Part shown: positions 39,418 through 51,896 of the stretch, piece after piece
Layout of the letters: each line of letters begins with the position of its first letter
Position numbering within the stretch: the first letter of the stretch is position 1
Origin: Callorhinchus milii
Taxonomy: Eukaryota
Direction: 5' to 3'
DNA length: 64,000 nt
Assembly (NCBI RefSeq): GCF_018977255.1
Contig: NW_024704743.1
Coordinates: 62,560,001-62,624,000, forward strand
Program-made: the position numbers and the translations under genes
The notes under the pieces: model-generated
What the model saw: the letters and a program-made list of their open reading frames with translations, nothing else
Databases searched by the model: none
What the model was told of the DNA's origin: nothing

Positions 39418-39864
39418 TGATTTTAACTGGGTCAAGAGCACAAACAATAGTTATTGTGGTCATTGAATGTAACCGGTTGGTGTATGAAGGTTAATGATTT
39501 GTTCGGAGTGGAAAGGTTCGAAACTGCCATATTCAATCTCCAAACGAACAAGGTGCCATGTAAACTGTCATTTGTATATTTACATATTCTCTAATTATCC
39601 TTTTAAATATACAGAAAGCCTTTTGTTTAAGCCTTTTAGAAATGGAAAGATCTGATCAGAGGATGTAATATTTATTACTGGTAGGTCACAAACTGTTCTT
39701 GTTGAGCTTTTTCCCAAATTATTCCAATATGCTACAGTGTAGTGATAAGGTATGCTGTGTTTCATTCTTTGTGGAGTATATTGTATTATACTGTTCTTAT
39801 AGTGCCGATATACTCTGTAAAAACAAGAAGCAACAGAGAGAACCAAAGGAACAGAAGAGATGGA

Positions 39865-40197
39865 ATGCTGTAGCATTTTGGTTAAGAGCACTCACCTCGC
39901 AAGCGAGAGGACCCGGGTTCAATTCCTGGGCAGGGCTAAACCTTAGGCAAGTTTCCTTATTTCACATGGCTCTGTTTACCTAGCAGTAAGTAGGTACCCA
40001 GTTGTTAGTCGATTGACAAATCGCTTTCTGGGGATTGTACCTCAAAAAAAAATTAGACACTTAATCCCCAACTGTTTGTGGGACACTCCTGTGCGCAATT
40101 GGCTGCCGTGTTTCACCCACAAAATACAGCCAATCCACTTTACAAAAATTCTGTAAAGCGCTTTGAGGCATTTCAACGACATGCTAAGGATTATTAA
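39865..40197 (+). mobile_element. tRNA-derived SINE (long subfamily), in the probable 3' UTR of gene R
   Basis: Head, ctctgtttacctagcagtaagtagg segment, body and tail. Confidence 0.85.
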
Positions 40198-43100
40198 TTA
40201 AATGACCCTAAATCTGCCTGCCTTTTTTAACTGGACTACAGGCAGATTATCTTGAAACTGATCCTTGTGGGCAAAAGATGGGCAAACCTTCCCCCCCGCC
40301 ACCAACTATTTTCTTTTCAGAAAGTGGTAATTTATGCTTACACTATCAAGCCTTGATAGTGTCTCTGTGGTACTTGTACCAAAGCAGTAAATCTGAACCT
40401 GATCCCAAACTATTTTTGCCAAATAACCTGAGTATCCACACAGCAACAATTCGATTGCTGCCCTGGTTGAACTCTATTAATTCAGTACTCCACCGGTTGG
40501 TACATTTACTTGGTCATTAGGTTAGCAAAAAATGTAAATGCAGCAGGCATTAAATGGATAAAATGCACACCTACTGATATTAGCCATTACTCTGTATTGT
40601 CCAAAATAGAATACACTGCATTTGAAGCTTGAATGCATGTGTGTCTCTGTATATCTAATATATGTGTGTGCGTATATATATATATATATATATATACGCT
40701 TTTTTTTTTCCCTCAGACTTTCTCATTTGAGCCTGGTCTCTTGAATTTGTTGAAATGTTTCTCTATTCTTTTTGCTTAAAGCCAATGAAGGCTGTATAAT
40801 TCGCATATGGGCAGTTTGAAAAAAGTTTTAAGTTATCCCCCAGTTAGTAAATAATACCTCAAGGAAGCAAACCACTCTCCTAAGAAGAAAGGGTGGCATT
40901 TTATACGTGTGGGCTTCAGGAGTAAGTACAGAATCTGTAGTCTCAAACTAATGTTCATAATTCTGTAGTTGTATTTCAAGCAGCTGCACTCTCAATGGAT
41001 AGAGGTGATGCACCTAAAGCTGTTCATAGTATGGCTTTGCAACTGAACAAATAAGATTAATTCTAAACTCAACTTACAAGTAAAATCGATTCCCCTCTTT
41101 GACATTGGGGAGAGATGAGTATGAAAAAGGCATTTGTTGCTCGCTTGAACGTGACTAGATTGTAGCGGAGGTTAAGCAGTCATGATGCAAATTATAATAC
41201 AACATAACTGGCTTTTGGGAAGATTGCCAGGTTACTTACTGTGTGGAACCTATAGAAAAAACCTTAAGTTTTCTTTTGAAAAAATAACAAGAGAAAAACA
41301 CCCTTTGAAACTTGACAAAAATGAGCATGTCAGAGTTTGTCTTATTGTTTCTGATTAGCTTTTAATACTTTAGTACCTTTTAAATCCAATACATTGAAAT
41401 AGAAGTGATCTTCAATGTTAATGGACTTGCTATCTGTGTTATCTTTTCACGTGTGAATGTTTAATTACCCCTTTCAAGTATTAAGTTTTCCTGATAGCGT
41501 TGAACTATTTTCTGAGAAATGTTTAAAATTCTGAAGTAGAATTGATAATTTTCTCCTTTTATGAATTAAAAGAACATAAAATTAAATTTTAGATTCTTTT
41601 AATTCATAAAAAATTAAATATTTCAAAAGTTTCTTCAAAACTCCAGATTTGAAACTGATTCATTACAGAGTTGGGCATTTTGTTTACTTGGTAAATTATA
41701 CGATTGTTTTGACTTGAATGTGGTTAAATGCACATTGGAATGTTAATTGCCCAAGTCCTAAATTACATGCTTATGTTCTTTATTAACTGTAACCTCAATG
41801 AGTAAGGTTTCTAGTCCTGAATTTATGAGCTATGTTTGCTCAGTGCAGTGATCACCTGACGTTCTTGAGAAGACAAGTCATTTCTTGGAGCATATGACTA
41901 CTGCAATGAGCATATCCATTATCATTGAGCTATGCTCCCAGTGACCAATGACTTCCATCAATGAATAGAAGACTGTTTTGCCCAATATTTCCTACATAGT
42001 ATGGTCGAATCATTACCTATGTAATTGGGGAAACACCAATTAAATGGAAAACACCAATTTATTCCTTAGGATGATGAAAATTGATGGCCGAGGTTTCTTG
42101 GCTAACTGTCTTGTTATAGAAACCAGAAGCGGGCAAACTCCCTATTCCTCTTGGCTATGAAATGATACTGGAGACCGAGGAAGGGATAATATACAAAGTT
42201 TGGATGAAGTTAACAATTATTTGTTTGTGATTGGTAAAAGATTATATAGAATTGAACCGCAATTAAGGAGGAATATTTGTTTAAAATATTGCCTCCTCAA
42301 GAAACTGCACACACTCTTGTCTATCTCACATGCACTTCAGATTGGAAGATAACCAGAAGTAAGATATCTTTGACCTTGCAGCTTCAAAATTATACGACTG
42401 TTTCCAGCAACAGGATTTTTAGAGAATTACAGTACTTTTTCATGGAAAAATGATTGTATTTAAAATGGAAAAAAATACTTGATTATACAGCTGAATAGGT
42501 TAATTGATTTCATTTAAACGATATATTGGCAGTGTATTTGTGGAAATTACTTGTATTCTACCATACGAAAGCTTGGTAAGCTGACTCTCTGACTCTCTTC
42601 ACTTGAGATACTGAAAATGCCAACTACGTATTTGGTATTCAGGGAGGGCTGATCATACAAGTTCTCTGAGTGGTTCAAAAATCTATTTCATCAATGCTTA
42701 AACATGGCTGTTACTTTTTAGTTTGTTGCTATAATAATAAAGGGCAAAAATAAACCCAAAATGCAACTTTTCTACAGGCCAGTATTTTTGCTTCTCTTCT
42801 TTGATTGCTTTTTGATGAGTAAACATGTTTAGAAGTTTTTCACCATTATGATGAGGTGGTGGGGGCGCGGGGGAGGAAAGTTGTGAAGCAACATTTCAGC
42901 TTATTCGTTTTCAATATCCTTCACATCACATTCTAGGATTGGAGTCTACAGTAATATAAAAATATTTAGGAATTTACACAAAGATAGACTCTTGGAAGAT
43001 TAAAACTTTACCCTCATCTCCTCACCTGGCTATCAGATTTGGAGGACTCTTCTTCAAGGCTGTTTAGTTGTTGATAGAAGTTACTAGTTTTGTGTTTAGT

Positions 43101-44049
43101 CAGTCCATATATAGGAAGAAAGGAGAGGTGGTGGATATATCACAGCCATACTGATGCTGTTTTATATCATCTCTGTGGCAAGGTGAGGGGTGGACGATGA
43201 CCGGGCGGAGGGGTGGGAGGTAGACACGAGACGGACTGAAAGAGTTTGCAATAGATGAGCAGTTTCTGCCTCTACAATACATAAATTTTGAGAACATTTA
43301 TAGCTTCCCTGCTAACCACCAAGCAAACCTGTAAGCTTTAGGGTTTAGGTTCCCCAACTTAGATTCACTGCTTCTGGGGAGGCACATTTTTTATAATCCA
43401 AAATAGTTTCATCTGGCTCAGTGGCCAGACTTTGGTTTACCAACAACCAAAGTTACATTTATAATTATGTCGGCAGAACATCCCAAGGAGTTGGACAGTT
43501 AAAGTTTGCCCCCGTTTTTTAAAAAAAAATCCAATCCTCAATTCTTCACAAAAGAAGTGTAAACTTGGTTCAGTGAGTAGAACTTCCGCTTCCCGAGTCA
43601 GTTGTTATGGTTTCTATCTGCTGAAAGTACTTGAGTGTTGGCACAGCCCAGTCTAGGCTGATACTCCAATAGTGAGGGATGCAATTTTTGGGAGGGATAA
43701 TCCTTTGGATAAACTGAAGTCCTGTCTGCTTCATGGCCCTTTTGCGGGATATTTTGTACAGAGTGGCTGTTGCATTTGTTTACTAGTCACAAAACAGTAG
43801 AATCCTTTGAAGCGTTTTGAGACATCTCAATGAAGTGAAAAGGCCCTATATCAAATCAGTGATTATTTTTTATTAATTAATTCCTTCTTGTGCTTGAGAA
43901 CCTAACAATGCCCCCCCATTAACACTCACTAAAACCATGCTGCCTTCAATGAAACAAGTTTTATTTCCCTGCCTTGTTTCCCTGCACAAATGTAGGAAAA
44001 GAGTATGCAGTAATTGTTGGCCACTGAGCCCTGAAGTGCCCGGCTCCGA

Positions 44050-44693
44050 CATTGTCTCACACATCTTCATTACAACAGCTTGACTATGCAAACTCACTAC
44101 TTGTCGGCCTCCCCAACTCCTCCCTCCACAGGCTGAAGATCATCCAGAACTCTGCAGCCCTTGTCCTTTTCCGCACTAGGCTCCACGACCCTATAATAAT
44201 AATAATAATCCTTGCATTTGATATAGCGCTTTTCACGTGGGGAGGATGTCCCAAAGCGCTTCACAGAACTATCACCTCCATCCTCGCCCAACTGCACTGG
44301 CTTCCCATCACACAGAGGATACAGTTCAAGATCCTGGGCCTCATCTTCAAAGCCCTCCACGGTCTTGCTCCCCCCTAACTCTACGACCTCTTAACCCCCT
44401 ACCATCCTGTTCGCTCCCTCCGTTCAGCGGTCTCAGGCCTGCTTAACATCCCCCACCTTGCCCGCCCCACTATTGGCGGGCGGGCCTTCCTCCACTCTGC
44501 CCCCCCCTCTGGAACTCCATCCCCCAGTCCCTCTGCCTCACCCCCTCCCTCGCCACCTTCAAGACCCACCTCAAGACCCTCCTGCTTTCGATCTCCCTGC
44601 TTCCCCCCCCCCCCCCTCTCCACCCTCCCCCACTAGCGCCTTGGGACGTCCTCCCGACGTGAAAGGCGCTATACAAAGGTAATTTTGTTATTA
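44050..44693 (+). mobile_element. L2 3' fragment carrying an antisense SINE tail (about 44194-44268)
   Basis: LDYANSLLVGLP...LHWLP motifs. An inserted ataataataatccttgcatttgatatagcgc tail interrupts it. Confidence 0.85.
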
Positions 44694-45109
44694 TTCAAAC
44701 AGTGGATACAACAGCTGAACCAAAACAAGCATTGATGGATTTTGGCGCGAAACACGGCAGAGAAAGGGGTCACTTTCATTTATTGTCCTTGGAAAATGAC
44801 CGACTCCTAAGGAGAGAAAATCAAAATACTTTACAAATGCACCAAACTGATTACTCCCACACACTGGATTTCATACACTGATTCTCAGCCTTCAGACAAC
44901 TTTGGGAGCATTCCCTCCTTAGTTTAGAGCAAGTGGGACGACACACACTCTCCCAACTGAAATACAGAGAGGACAATTCCATGTTTAATCTGAATAACGT
45001 TCAGTTGTCTCATTTGGTTTTGACTTGGCAGTTCACCAGCCATGGGAGAGAGGAACAGGACTGATGGGCTGAGAGCTGCTGACAGTAGTTGGGTGAAGGG
45101 ACTTTGCAG

Positions 45110-45422
45110 TAATAATAATAATCCTTGCATTTGATATAGCGCTTTTCACGTCGGGAGGACGTCCCAAAGCGCTTCACAGAACACAGAAGTGAATTGACTA
45201 TATTTGTGGGCGAACGCGGCAGCCAATTGCGCACAGCAATGTCCCACAAACAGTCGTGGATTGTAAATGACCAATTTATTATTGTTTTGTTTTGGAGGGA
45301 TTATTATTAGGCTCTGTGTGGAGTAAGGAAACTTGCCCAAGGTTTCGCCCTCTGCCTGGAATTGAACTCAGGTCTCTCACTTGCAAAGCGAGTGCTCTAA
45401 CCACTGAGCTACAGGACTCCAC
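45110..45422 (-). mobile_element. tRNA-derived SINE, full length (short subfamily)
   Basis: Near-identical reverse complement of the copy at 48761-49079. Confidence 0.92.
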
Positions 45423-45589
45423 GAAAAGGGAATGGACGTGTGTTGTGAAGCCTCCCCTCCCCTCATATCAAACAGCTTTCTGTACTCGCTCAGGAGGCTC
45501 ACACGTGAAAAAACACAACCATTTCTGACCCACAAGCTCAGCCACCAACTATATATTTATGCCTCTCGTAAGAATTTTCTGCGCGTCGA

Positions 45590-45960
45590 TAAAAAACGAC
45601 TAAAAAATATCACTCCCACGCGGTCCCGCTCCACTGCTGGGATGAAAGACTACAATTCCCAGCAAGCTCAGCGCGCGAGGACCCCGGCTTCAACGCCGAG
45701 ACGAAGCCACAAAGGTGTCCCAAGAGCAGAGTTTTCTGTGATCTTCCCGTGGTCAGTGAGGCGGGGGCGGGGCGGGGGGCCTGGGCTTCCCTCTGGCTCA
45801 AGCGCCTGCGACGAAATGAATTGGAAAATGTAGAGGAGAGAATTGCAGGCAGTGACCCGGAGGGCAGCCGTGGCGCGTGTGCCGCTCGCGAGGGAAGGTC
45901 CCCGACTCCAGGCGGCTCAGCCACAAGCGGCGGCGACCACAGCGGGGAAGGTACCCGCCG
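45590..45960 (+). promoter_or_regulatory. TEX10 CpG-island promoter and probable non-coding first exon
   Basis: ZNF143/SBS-type motif ACTACAATTCCCAGCAAGC at 45649-45667, GC boxes at about 45763-45779, candidate donor AAG|GTACCC at 45950. Confidence 0.7.
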
Positions 45961-46885
45961 CCCCGGCCTCCCCCGCCCCGGCCTCTCCCCCCCCCCCCCC
46001 CGCCCCGGCCTCTCCCCCCCCCCCCCCGGCCTCCCCCCCCCCCGGCCTCCCCCCCCCCCCCCGGCCTCCCCCCCCCGCCCCGGCCCTCCCCCCCCCCCCG
46101 CCCCGGCCTCCCCCCCCCCCCCCGCCCCGGCCTCCCCCCCCCCCCCCCCGCCCCGGCCTCCCCCCCCCCCCCCCGCCCCGGCCTCCCCCCCCCCCCCCCC
46201 GCCCGGCCTCCCCCCCCCCCCGCCCCGGCCTCTCCCCCCCCCCCCCCCCCCCGCCCCGGCCTCCCCCCCCCCCCCCGCCCCGGCCTCTCCCCCCCCCCAG
46301 CCCCGGCCTCTCCCCCCCCCCAGCCCCGGCCTCTCCCCCCCCCCCCGCCCCGGCCTCCCCCCCCCCCCCCCGCCCCGGCCTCCCCCCCCCCCAGCCCCGG
46401 CCTCTCCCCCCCCCCCCCCCCGCCCCGGCCTCCCCCCCCCCCCAGCCCCGGCCTCTCCCCCCCCCCCCCAGCCCCGGCCTCTCCCCCCCCCCAGCCCCGG
46501 CCTCCCCCCCCCCAGCCCCGGCCTCCCCCCCCCCCCCAGCCCCGGCCTCTCCCCCCCCCCCCCGCCCCGGCCTCCCCCCCCCCCCGCCCCGGCCTCTCCC
46601 CCCCCCCCCCCCGGCCCTCCCCCCCCCCCGCCCGGCCTCCCCCCCCCCCCCAGCCCCGGCCTCTCCCCCCCCCCCCCCCCGCCCCGGCCTCTCCCCCCCC
46701 CCCCCCGCCCCGGCCTCTCCCCCCCCCCCCCCGCCCCGGCCTCTCCCCCCCCCCCGCCCCGGCCTCTCCCCCCCCCCCCCGCCCCAGCCCCGGCCTCTTC
46801 CCCCCCCCCAGCCCCGGCCTCCCCCCCTCCCAGCCCCGGCCTCCCCCCCAGCAGCGGGGAGGGTACCCACAGCCCCGGCCTCTCC
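45956..46885. repeat. C-rich minisatellite GCCCCGGCCTC(TC)C(n)
   Basis: About 930 bp of tandem units of roughly 20-25 bp with long C runs. Confidence 0.95.
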
Positions 46886-47154
46886 CTCTCCCGCTTGTTG
46901 GTGCCCCCCATGAAGCGCGGTCTGGATGCCCATTCACTATTTATTGCAGTGCATTAACTGACTGTCCCCTTTTTTCACCTCCACAAATAACTACACTTTA
47001 AACCAGAAAGTAAATCCTGTGAAAGCGCTTTGAGGAGTCTGGAGAACACTTATATAGCGAACTCCACGTGAGGCCGTGACTCTGAGCGCTTAAGCCACGG
47101 AGAGAGGGGCGGTGACTGTAAGCATAGTCAAAGAGGACGGTCTTCAGGTGTGAT

Positions 47155-47315
47155 CTGGAGACCCTCACCCTGTTCTCACAGTGGTGGTGGTGCTTATACT
47201 TCCATTTGAAATTACTTTACCAACCCCTCCGCCTTGCCCCAAGGGGTTGGTAAAGTAATTTCAAATGGAAGTATAAGCACCACCACCACTGTGAGAACAG
47301 GGTGAGGGTCTCCAG
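47155..47315. repeat. Perfect 74-bp inverted repeat with a 13-nt spacer
   Basis: 47155-47228 is the exact reverse complement of 47242-47315. Confidence 0.97.
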
Positions 47316-47524
47316 TTTGACCAGATATCATTATGGCCGACAGTCCTCTGTAGTAGCTACGCCCGTGAGTCCGGCCAGTGCCAGACCTACCCGAGTGTGA
47401 GCGGCCATCATGTTGCTCAGGAATGAGAAACGTGCCCCCATTTGTCCTGGGGCATTGAGACCAATCTGCCCCAAAACGTTGGCAGTGAATTTAAGAATGA
47501 TTGTGTATTACAGAGTAAGGCAAA

Positions 47525-47704
47525 ATGAGTAAGAAAAGAAAACGACAGGACGACTTTCAAAAGGTGAAGTTAAAAGTTGGTAAAAAGAAACCAAAATCAG
47601 ACAATGCAACCAACACCAACTTTAAAACACAAGCTGTTCATGTTCCGGAGCAACTCAAGACTGATGCCTCTTTGCCAACGAATAATCGCAAACTCAATGT
47701 TAAG
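47525..47704 (+). CDS. TEX10: TEX10 (Ipi1 homolog, rixosome subunit) coding exon 1
   Basis: [24 protein letters not shown]...NATNTNFKT is the characteristic TEX10/Ipi1 N-terminus. Acceptor before 47514, donor AAG|GTAAGG. Confidence 0.96.
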
Positions 47705-48209
47705 GTAAGGCCTATTCTTGGTCTGTTGCCAGACCAAACAAGGTAGTAAATGTACTATTCATTCTTGCCATTTTCTAAGGTTTTATTTTCCAAGAAGCAT
47801 GGGTCTGCAAGAAATATAGTTATTTTTTGGAACCTGTGCTAGTTTTGATGTGAGTTAACTGTTATATTCAGATTTTCATTAAAGAGAGGAATGGACAAAG
47901 TATATTCATCGAAAATATGTAGGCAACATTTTTTGATTGTTTATTACATATTGTTACAACTTAGTTTTGTAGAGGTAGAACAGAGTGGCTGAATATCACC
48001 CACTGATAGTGGGTAAGAGTGAGTGGGGGACATAAAGCAGGCTGGTGTTTGCTAAAGAGGAGGGAGTCATAGAATAATAGAATATTACAGTACAGAAGGA
48101 GGTCATTTGGCCCATTGTCCCTGTGCCGGCTCTTTGGAAGAGCTACCAATCGGTCCCACTGCCCTGTTCTTTCCCCATATCCTTACAATTTTTTCCTCTT
48201 GAAGTACCT

Positions 48210-49325
48210 CTTCATCTGGCACTGTTCTTTCCGCCCTCAAAACAGCCACTATCACCCCTATCTTGAAGAAACCTTCCCATGACCCATCACAGCTATCCAG
48301 CTACCGGCCCATCTCAAACCTCCCGTTCCTATCCAAGGTCCTTGAGAGAGCCGTTGCCTCCAAGCTTCGCTCTTTCCTCTCCTCCCACTCCCTCCATGAA
48401 CCCCTCCAATTGGATTTCTGTGCTGCCCACAGCACGGAAACTGCTCTGGTCAAGGTCACAAACGACATCCTGACCATGTGTGACCAGGGCTCCCGCTGCC
48501 TTCTTGTCCTCCTCAATCTCTCTGCTGCCTTTCACACCATGGACCACTCAATCCTCCTCCACTGCCTCTCCTCCCACCTCAGCCTTCAAGGTTCTGACCT
48601 TGACTCGTTCAGGTCCTACCTTTCACACCGCCTCCACTTCGTCACGTCTTCTCCTCCAGCCCCCGAACTGTCTTGTGCGGTGTTCCTCAGGGCTCTGTTC
48701 TCGGTCCCCTCCTCTTCACCCTCTACATGCTCCCCCTTGGTGACATCATCTGCAAACATTTGGAGTCCTGCAGCTCAGTGGTTAGAGCACTCGCTTTGCA
48801 AGTGAGAGACCTGAGTTCAATTCCAGGCAGAGGGCGAAACCTTGGGCAAGTTTCCTTACTCCACACAGACCTAATAATAATCCCTCCAAAAAACAAAACA
48901 ATAATAAATTGGTCATTTTCAATCTACGACTGCTTGTGGGGCATTGCTGTGCGCAATTGGCTGCCGCGTTCGCCCACAAATATACAGTCAGTTCACTTTA
49001 CAGTTATTCTGTGAAGCGCTTTGAGACGTCTAGAAGACGTGAAAAGTGCTAAATCAAATGCAAGGATTATTATTATTATAACATGGGGTAAATTTCCACA
49101 TGTATGTGGATGACACCCAACTCTATCTCTCTGCCTCCGCTCTAAACTCCAGGACTACTGGCGTCCTGACCGACTGCCTGTCCGACATCAAGTCCTGAAC
49201 GAGGGACAACTTTCTTCAACTCAATGTCAGCAAGACTGAGGCCCTCCTGATTGGCTCGCGCCAGTGCCTCCGCACCTCAGGTGCTGGCAGCATCAGCCTC
49301 CACGGCTGCACACTCAACCTCAATA
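48210..49325 (+). mobile_element. Degenerate L2 RT fragment interrupted by a SINE
   Basis: [15 protein letters not shown] and [10 protein letters not shown] motifs. The L2 sequence resumes at about 49080, after the SINE. Confidence 0.9.
48761..49079 (+). mobile_element. tRNA-derived SINE, full length (short subfamily)
   Basis: A box AGCTCAGTGGTTAGAGC, B box GAGTTCAATTCC, Deu-like GCTGTGCGCAATTGGCTGCCGCG, L2-like tail plus (TTA)n, probable AACAT target-site duplication. Confidence 0.92.
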
Positions 49326-49329
49326 ACAT

Positions 49330-50215
49330 CTCTATCAACCTGTCCTGTCACCTTCAAAGACTTGTGTGTATAAACCCCTAGATCTCTTTGCTTCTGAACC
49401 CCCTTTAAAACTGTACCATTTATTGTATATTGCCCTCCTCATTCTTCCTCCCAAAATACATCACCTCACACTTTTCTGCATTAAACTTAATCTGCCATGT
49501 GTCTGCCCATTTGACCAGTTTGTCTTTGACCGACCCTTGGGGAACACCACTGTATCCTTCCCTCCAATCTGAAAAACAACCATTCACCACTACCCTCTGC
49601 TTTCTGTCTCACAGCCAATTTCTTATCCATGCTGCCATTGTCCCTTTTATCCCATGGGCTTCAGCTTTGCTAACTAGTCTTATGTGGCCCCTTATCAAAT
49701 GCCTTCTGGAAGTCCATATACAATACATCAACTGCACCTCCTTCATCAATCCTCTCTGTTATATCATCTAAGAATGTAAGAAATGCTAGACGAAAAAAGA
49801 CCAAGGTCCATGTGGTTTGCCTTCCACTTTCCTGGCGGTCGCATGCACATATGCCCTGAAGTACCTATGTACTATATTCCATAATGTTATTTCCTAAAAA
49901 AAAACTATTGAATCTGTAAAGACCTCATTTGAGTTTGTCAGACATGATTTGTCTGGACTGTCATTAATTAAAATTTGTGTTGACTGTCATTAATTAACTT
50001 CTATTTTTCCAAATGAAATTTAATTTTGTCCTGAATTATGATCCCTAGAGGATTCCCCACCATCGATATTAGGTTGACTGGCCTGTGGTTACCAGATATA
50101 TCCTCTCCCTTTTTTTGAACAGAGATGTAAAATTTGCAACTCTCCAGTCCTCAGGGACTATTCCCATATCCAAGGAGGATTGAAGCCTCCGCTATTTCCA
50201 CCCTAACTTCCCTCC
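49330..50215 (-). mobile_element. Degenerate CR1-type fragments
   Basis: Reverse-strand GVPQGS, YMDFQKAFDK and RPVNL remnants. Confidence 0.75.
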
Positions 50216-50524
50216 TGGACTTGTATGAAAATATAAACTTGTGGACTGATGCCTCTATGTCAGAGCAATCTGGCTTGGCTGTCAATCCTCTTAACTGGAC
50301 CAGCATCACAAGAGCTGCTTCCACTGACCGATGCTAAAGAGGAGGGAGTGACCAAGGCAGTGGGGTCGCAGGGTGAGGTGAGGCCATTGAGACATTTGAA
50401 AGTGAGGTTGAAAATTTTGAATTTGGTTTGCTGGGGTTACAAGATTAGGTATCTCAAGAAATTTATCCTGGTAGCTAAGCGCACAGAAAACTGTGGAGAA
50501 ATTGGACTGGGATAATGAGGATAT

Positions 50525-50780
50525 AATACAACAGTGAATTACATTGAGACGTCTTCTCGCTTCATAGAATATACTGTAAAGTGAATTGACTATATGTGGG
50601 TGAAACGCTATAGCCAATTGCGCACAGCAATGTCCCACAACAGTCGTGGATTGAGTGACCAAATTGTTTTTTTTCTTGAGGGATTATTGTCAGGCATGTG
50701 GAGTAAGGAAACTTGCCCAAGGTTTCACCTTGCCGGGATTTGAACCCAGGTCTCTTGCTTGCAAGGCAAATGCTCTAATC
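50525..50780 (-). mobile_element. tRNA-derived SINE
   Basis: Same family, more diverged. Confidence 0.85.
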
Positions 50781-51036
50781 CTTCAGGGCCATGCATGAGA
50801 TAGACAACCAGTTGACAGACTGTGGGTGAGAGTTCCTCAGGTAGTTGAAAGACTGAAGTTTCATTAACATTACCTCCAGCTTTTTGGATTGATATAGAAT
50901 TTACAGGTGTAACAGTTTAAATCAGTGGAGTGGGTATGTCCATCCAGGTCACTATGCATTTACTATGGAGCTTTTCATCAAATGTAAAACACAAGTTTAC
51001 ACTTGAGAAATTAACTTTTTGTTTTTCTTTTAATAG

Positions 51037-51752
51037 GATCTGCTGACACAGTTGCACCATTATAATTCAGGGGTTAAACAGAGTGCACTGACTGGCCTGA
51101 AGGACCTCGTCTCCCAGCACCCATCAGTAATTACCTCTCATCTCTCCAATATTCTCAGTGATGTCTCAGCTGTGTTCACAGATAAAGACCCCACTGTGAG
51201 GGCAGCAGCTGTCCGCCTTTTACACTTCCTTGCTCCCAGAATTTCTGGTGAACAAATGGCACCCTTTTATCCCCTAGTTAGTGCACACCTTTCAAGTGCA
51301 ATGACTCACATAGTGGAAGGCATACAGGAGGATGCATTGAAGGTGCTGGACGTCCTGTTGGAACATTACCCAGAGTTGCTCACTGAGAGTAGTAACGTGC
51401 TGCTGAAGAATTTTGTGGAGCTCATTTCACACCAGAAGTTTTCGAAAGAAATGAAAGCTGGAGGGAAGACATCGTCTTGGATTCTGTCCATTAATCCAAA
51501 TCGCCATATCACCTCTCAGCAGTGGAGGCTTAACGTCCTGACCAGGTTGAAAAAGTTCCTGCAGACAGTGGTTGAGGGCTTAAGCCACTCGGTGGAGAAT
51601 GAAGCTATTTTTGAGACGGATGACAGAACTGGGTCTGAATACATGTCCACTTTAGAAGTGAATTGGGAGCAGTATATAAATGGACAACAGCAAATACAGT
51701 TGTATGAGCACTCTGGGTCCCAACCTTGCATAGCAGCTCCATTCAGGCTCAG
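51037..51752 (+). CDS. TEX10: TEX10 coding exon 2
   Basis: [18 protein letters not shown]...[31 protein letters not shown] (Ipi1_N region). aatag acceptor, AG|GTAAGA donor, phase 0-2. Confidence 0.96.
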
Positions 51753-51896
51753 GTAAGAAATGCTGAGCAAACTTATGTATTTTGGTTGATCATTTGCGCC
51801 AAAACATAGTATACTGTAAAAAAAACACAGGAAGTATACTGGCAATATTATACACATCACAGTAGTAGTTCTGCAATCTTCTGCTACCAGCCTGTG

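Noticed and set aside
45610..47001. Six-frame Pro-rich and Gly-rich ORFs of 338-433 aa
   Set aside because: Translation of a C/G minisatellite that cannot contain stop codons.
48761..48830. tRNA-Ala(TGC)-like sequences here and in other copies
   Set aside because: These are SINE heads attached to a SINE body and tail, not standalone tRNA genes.
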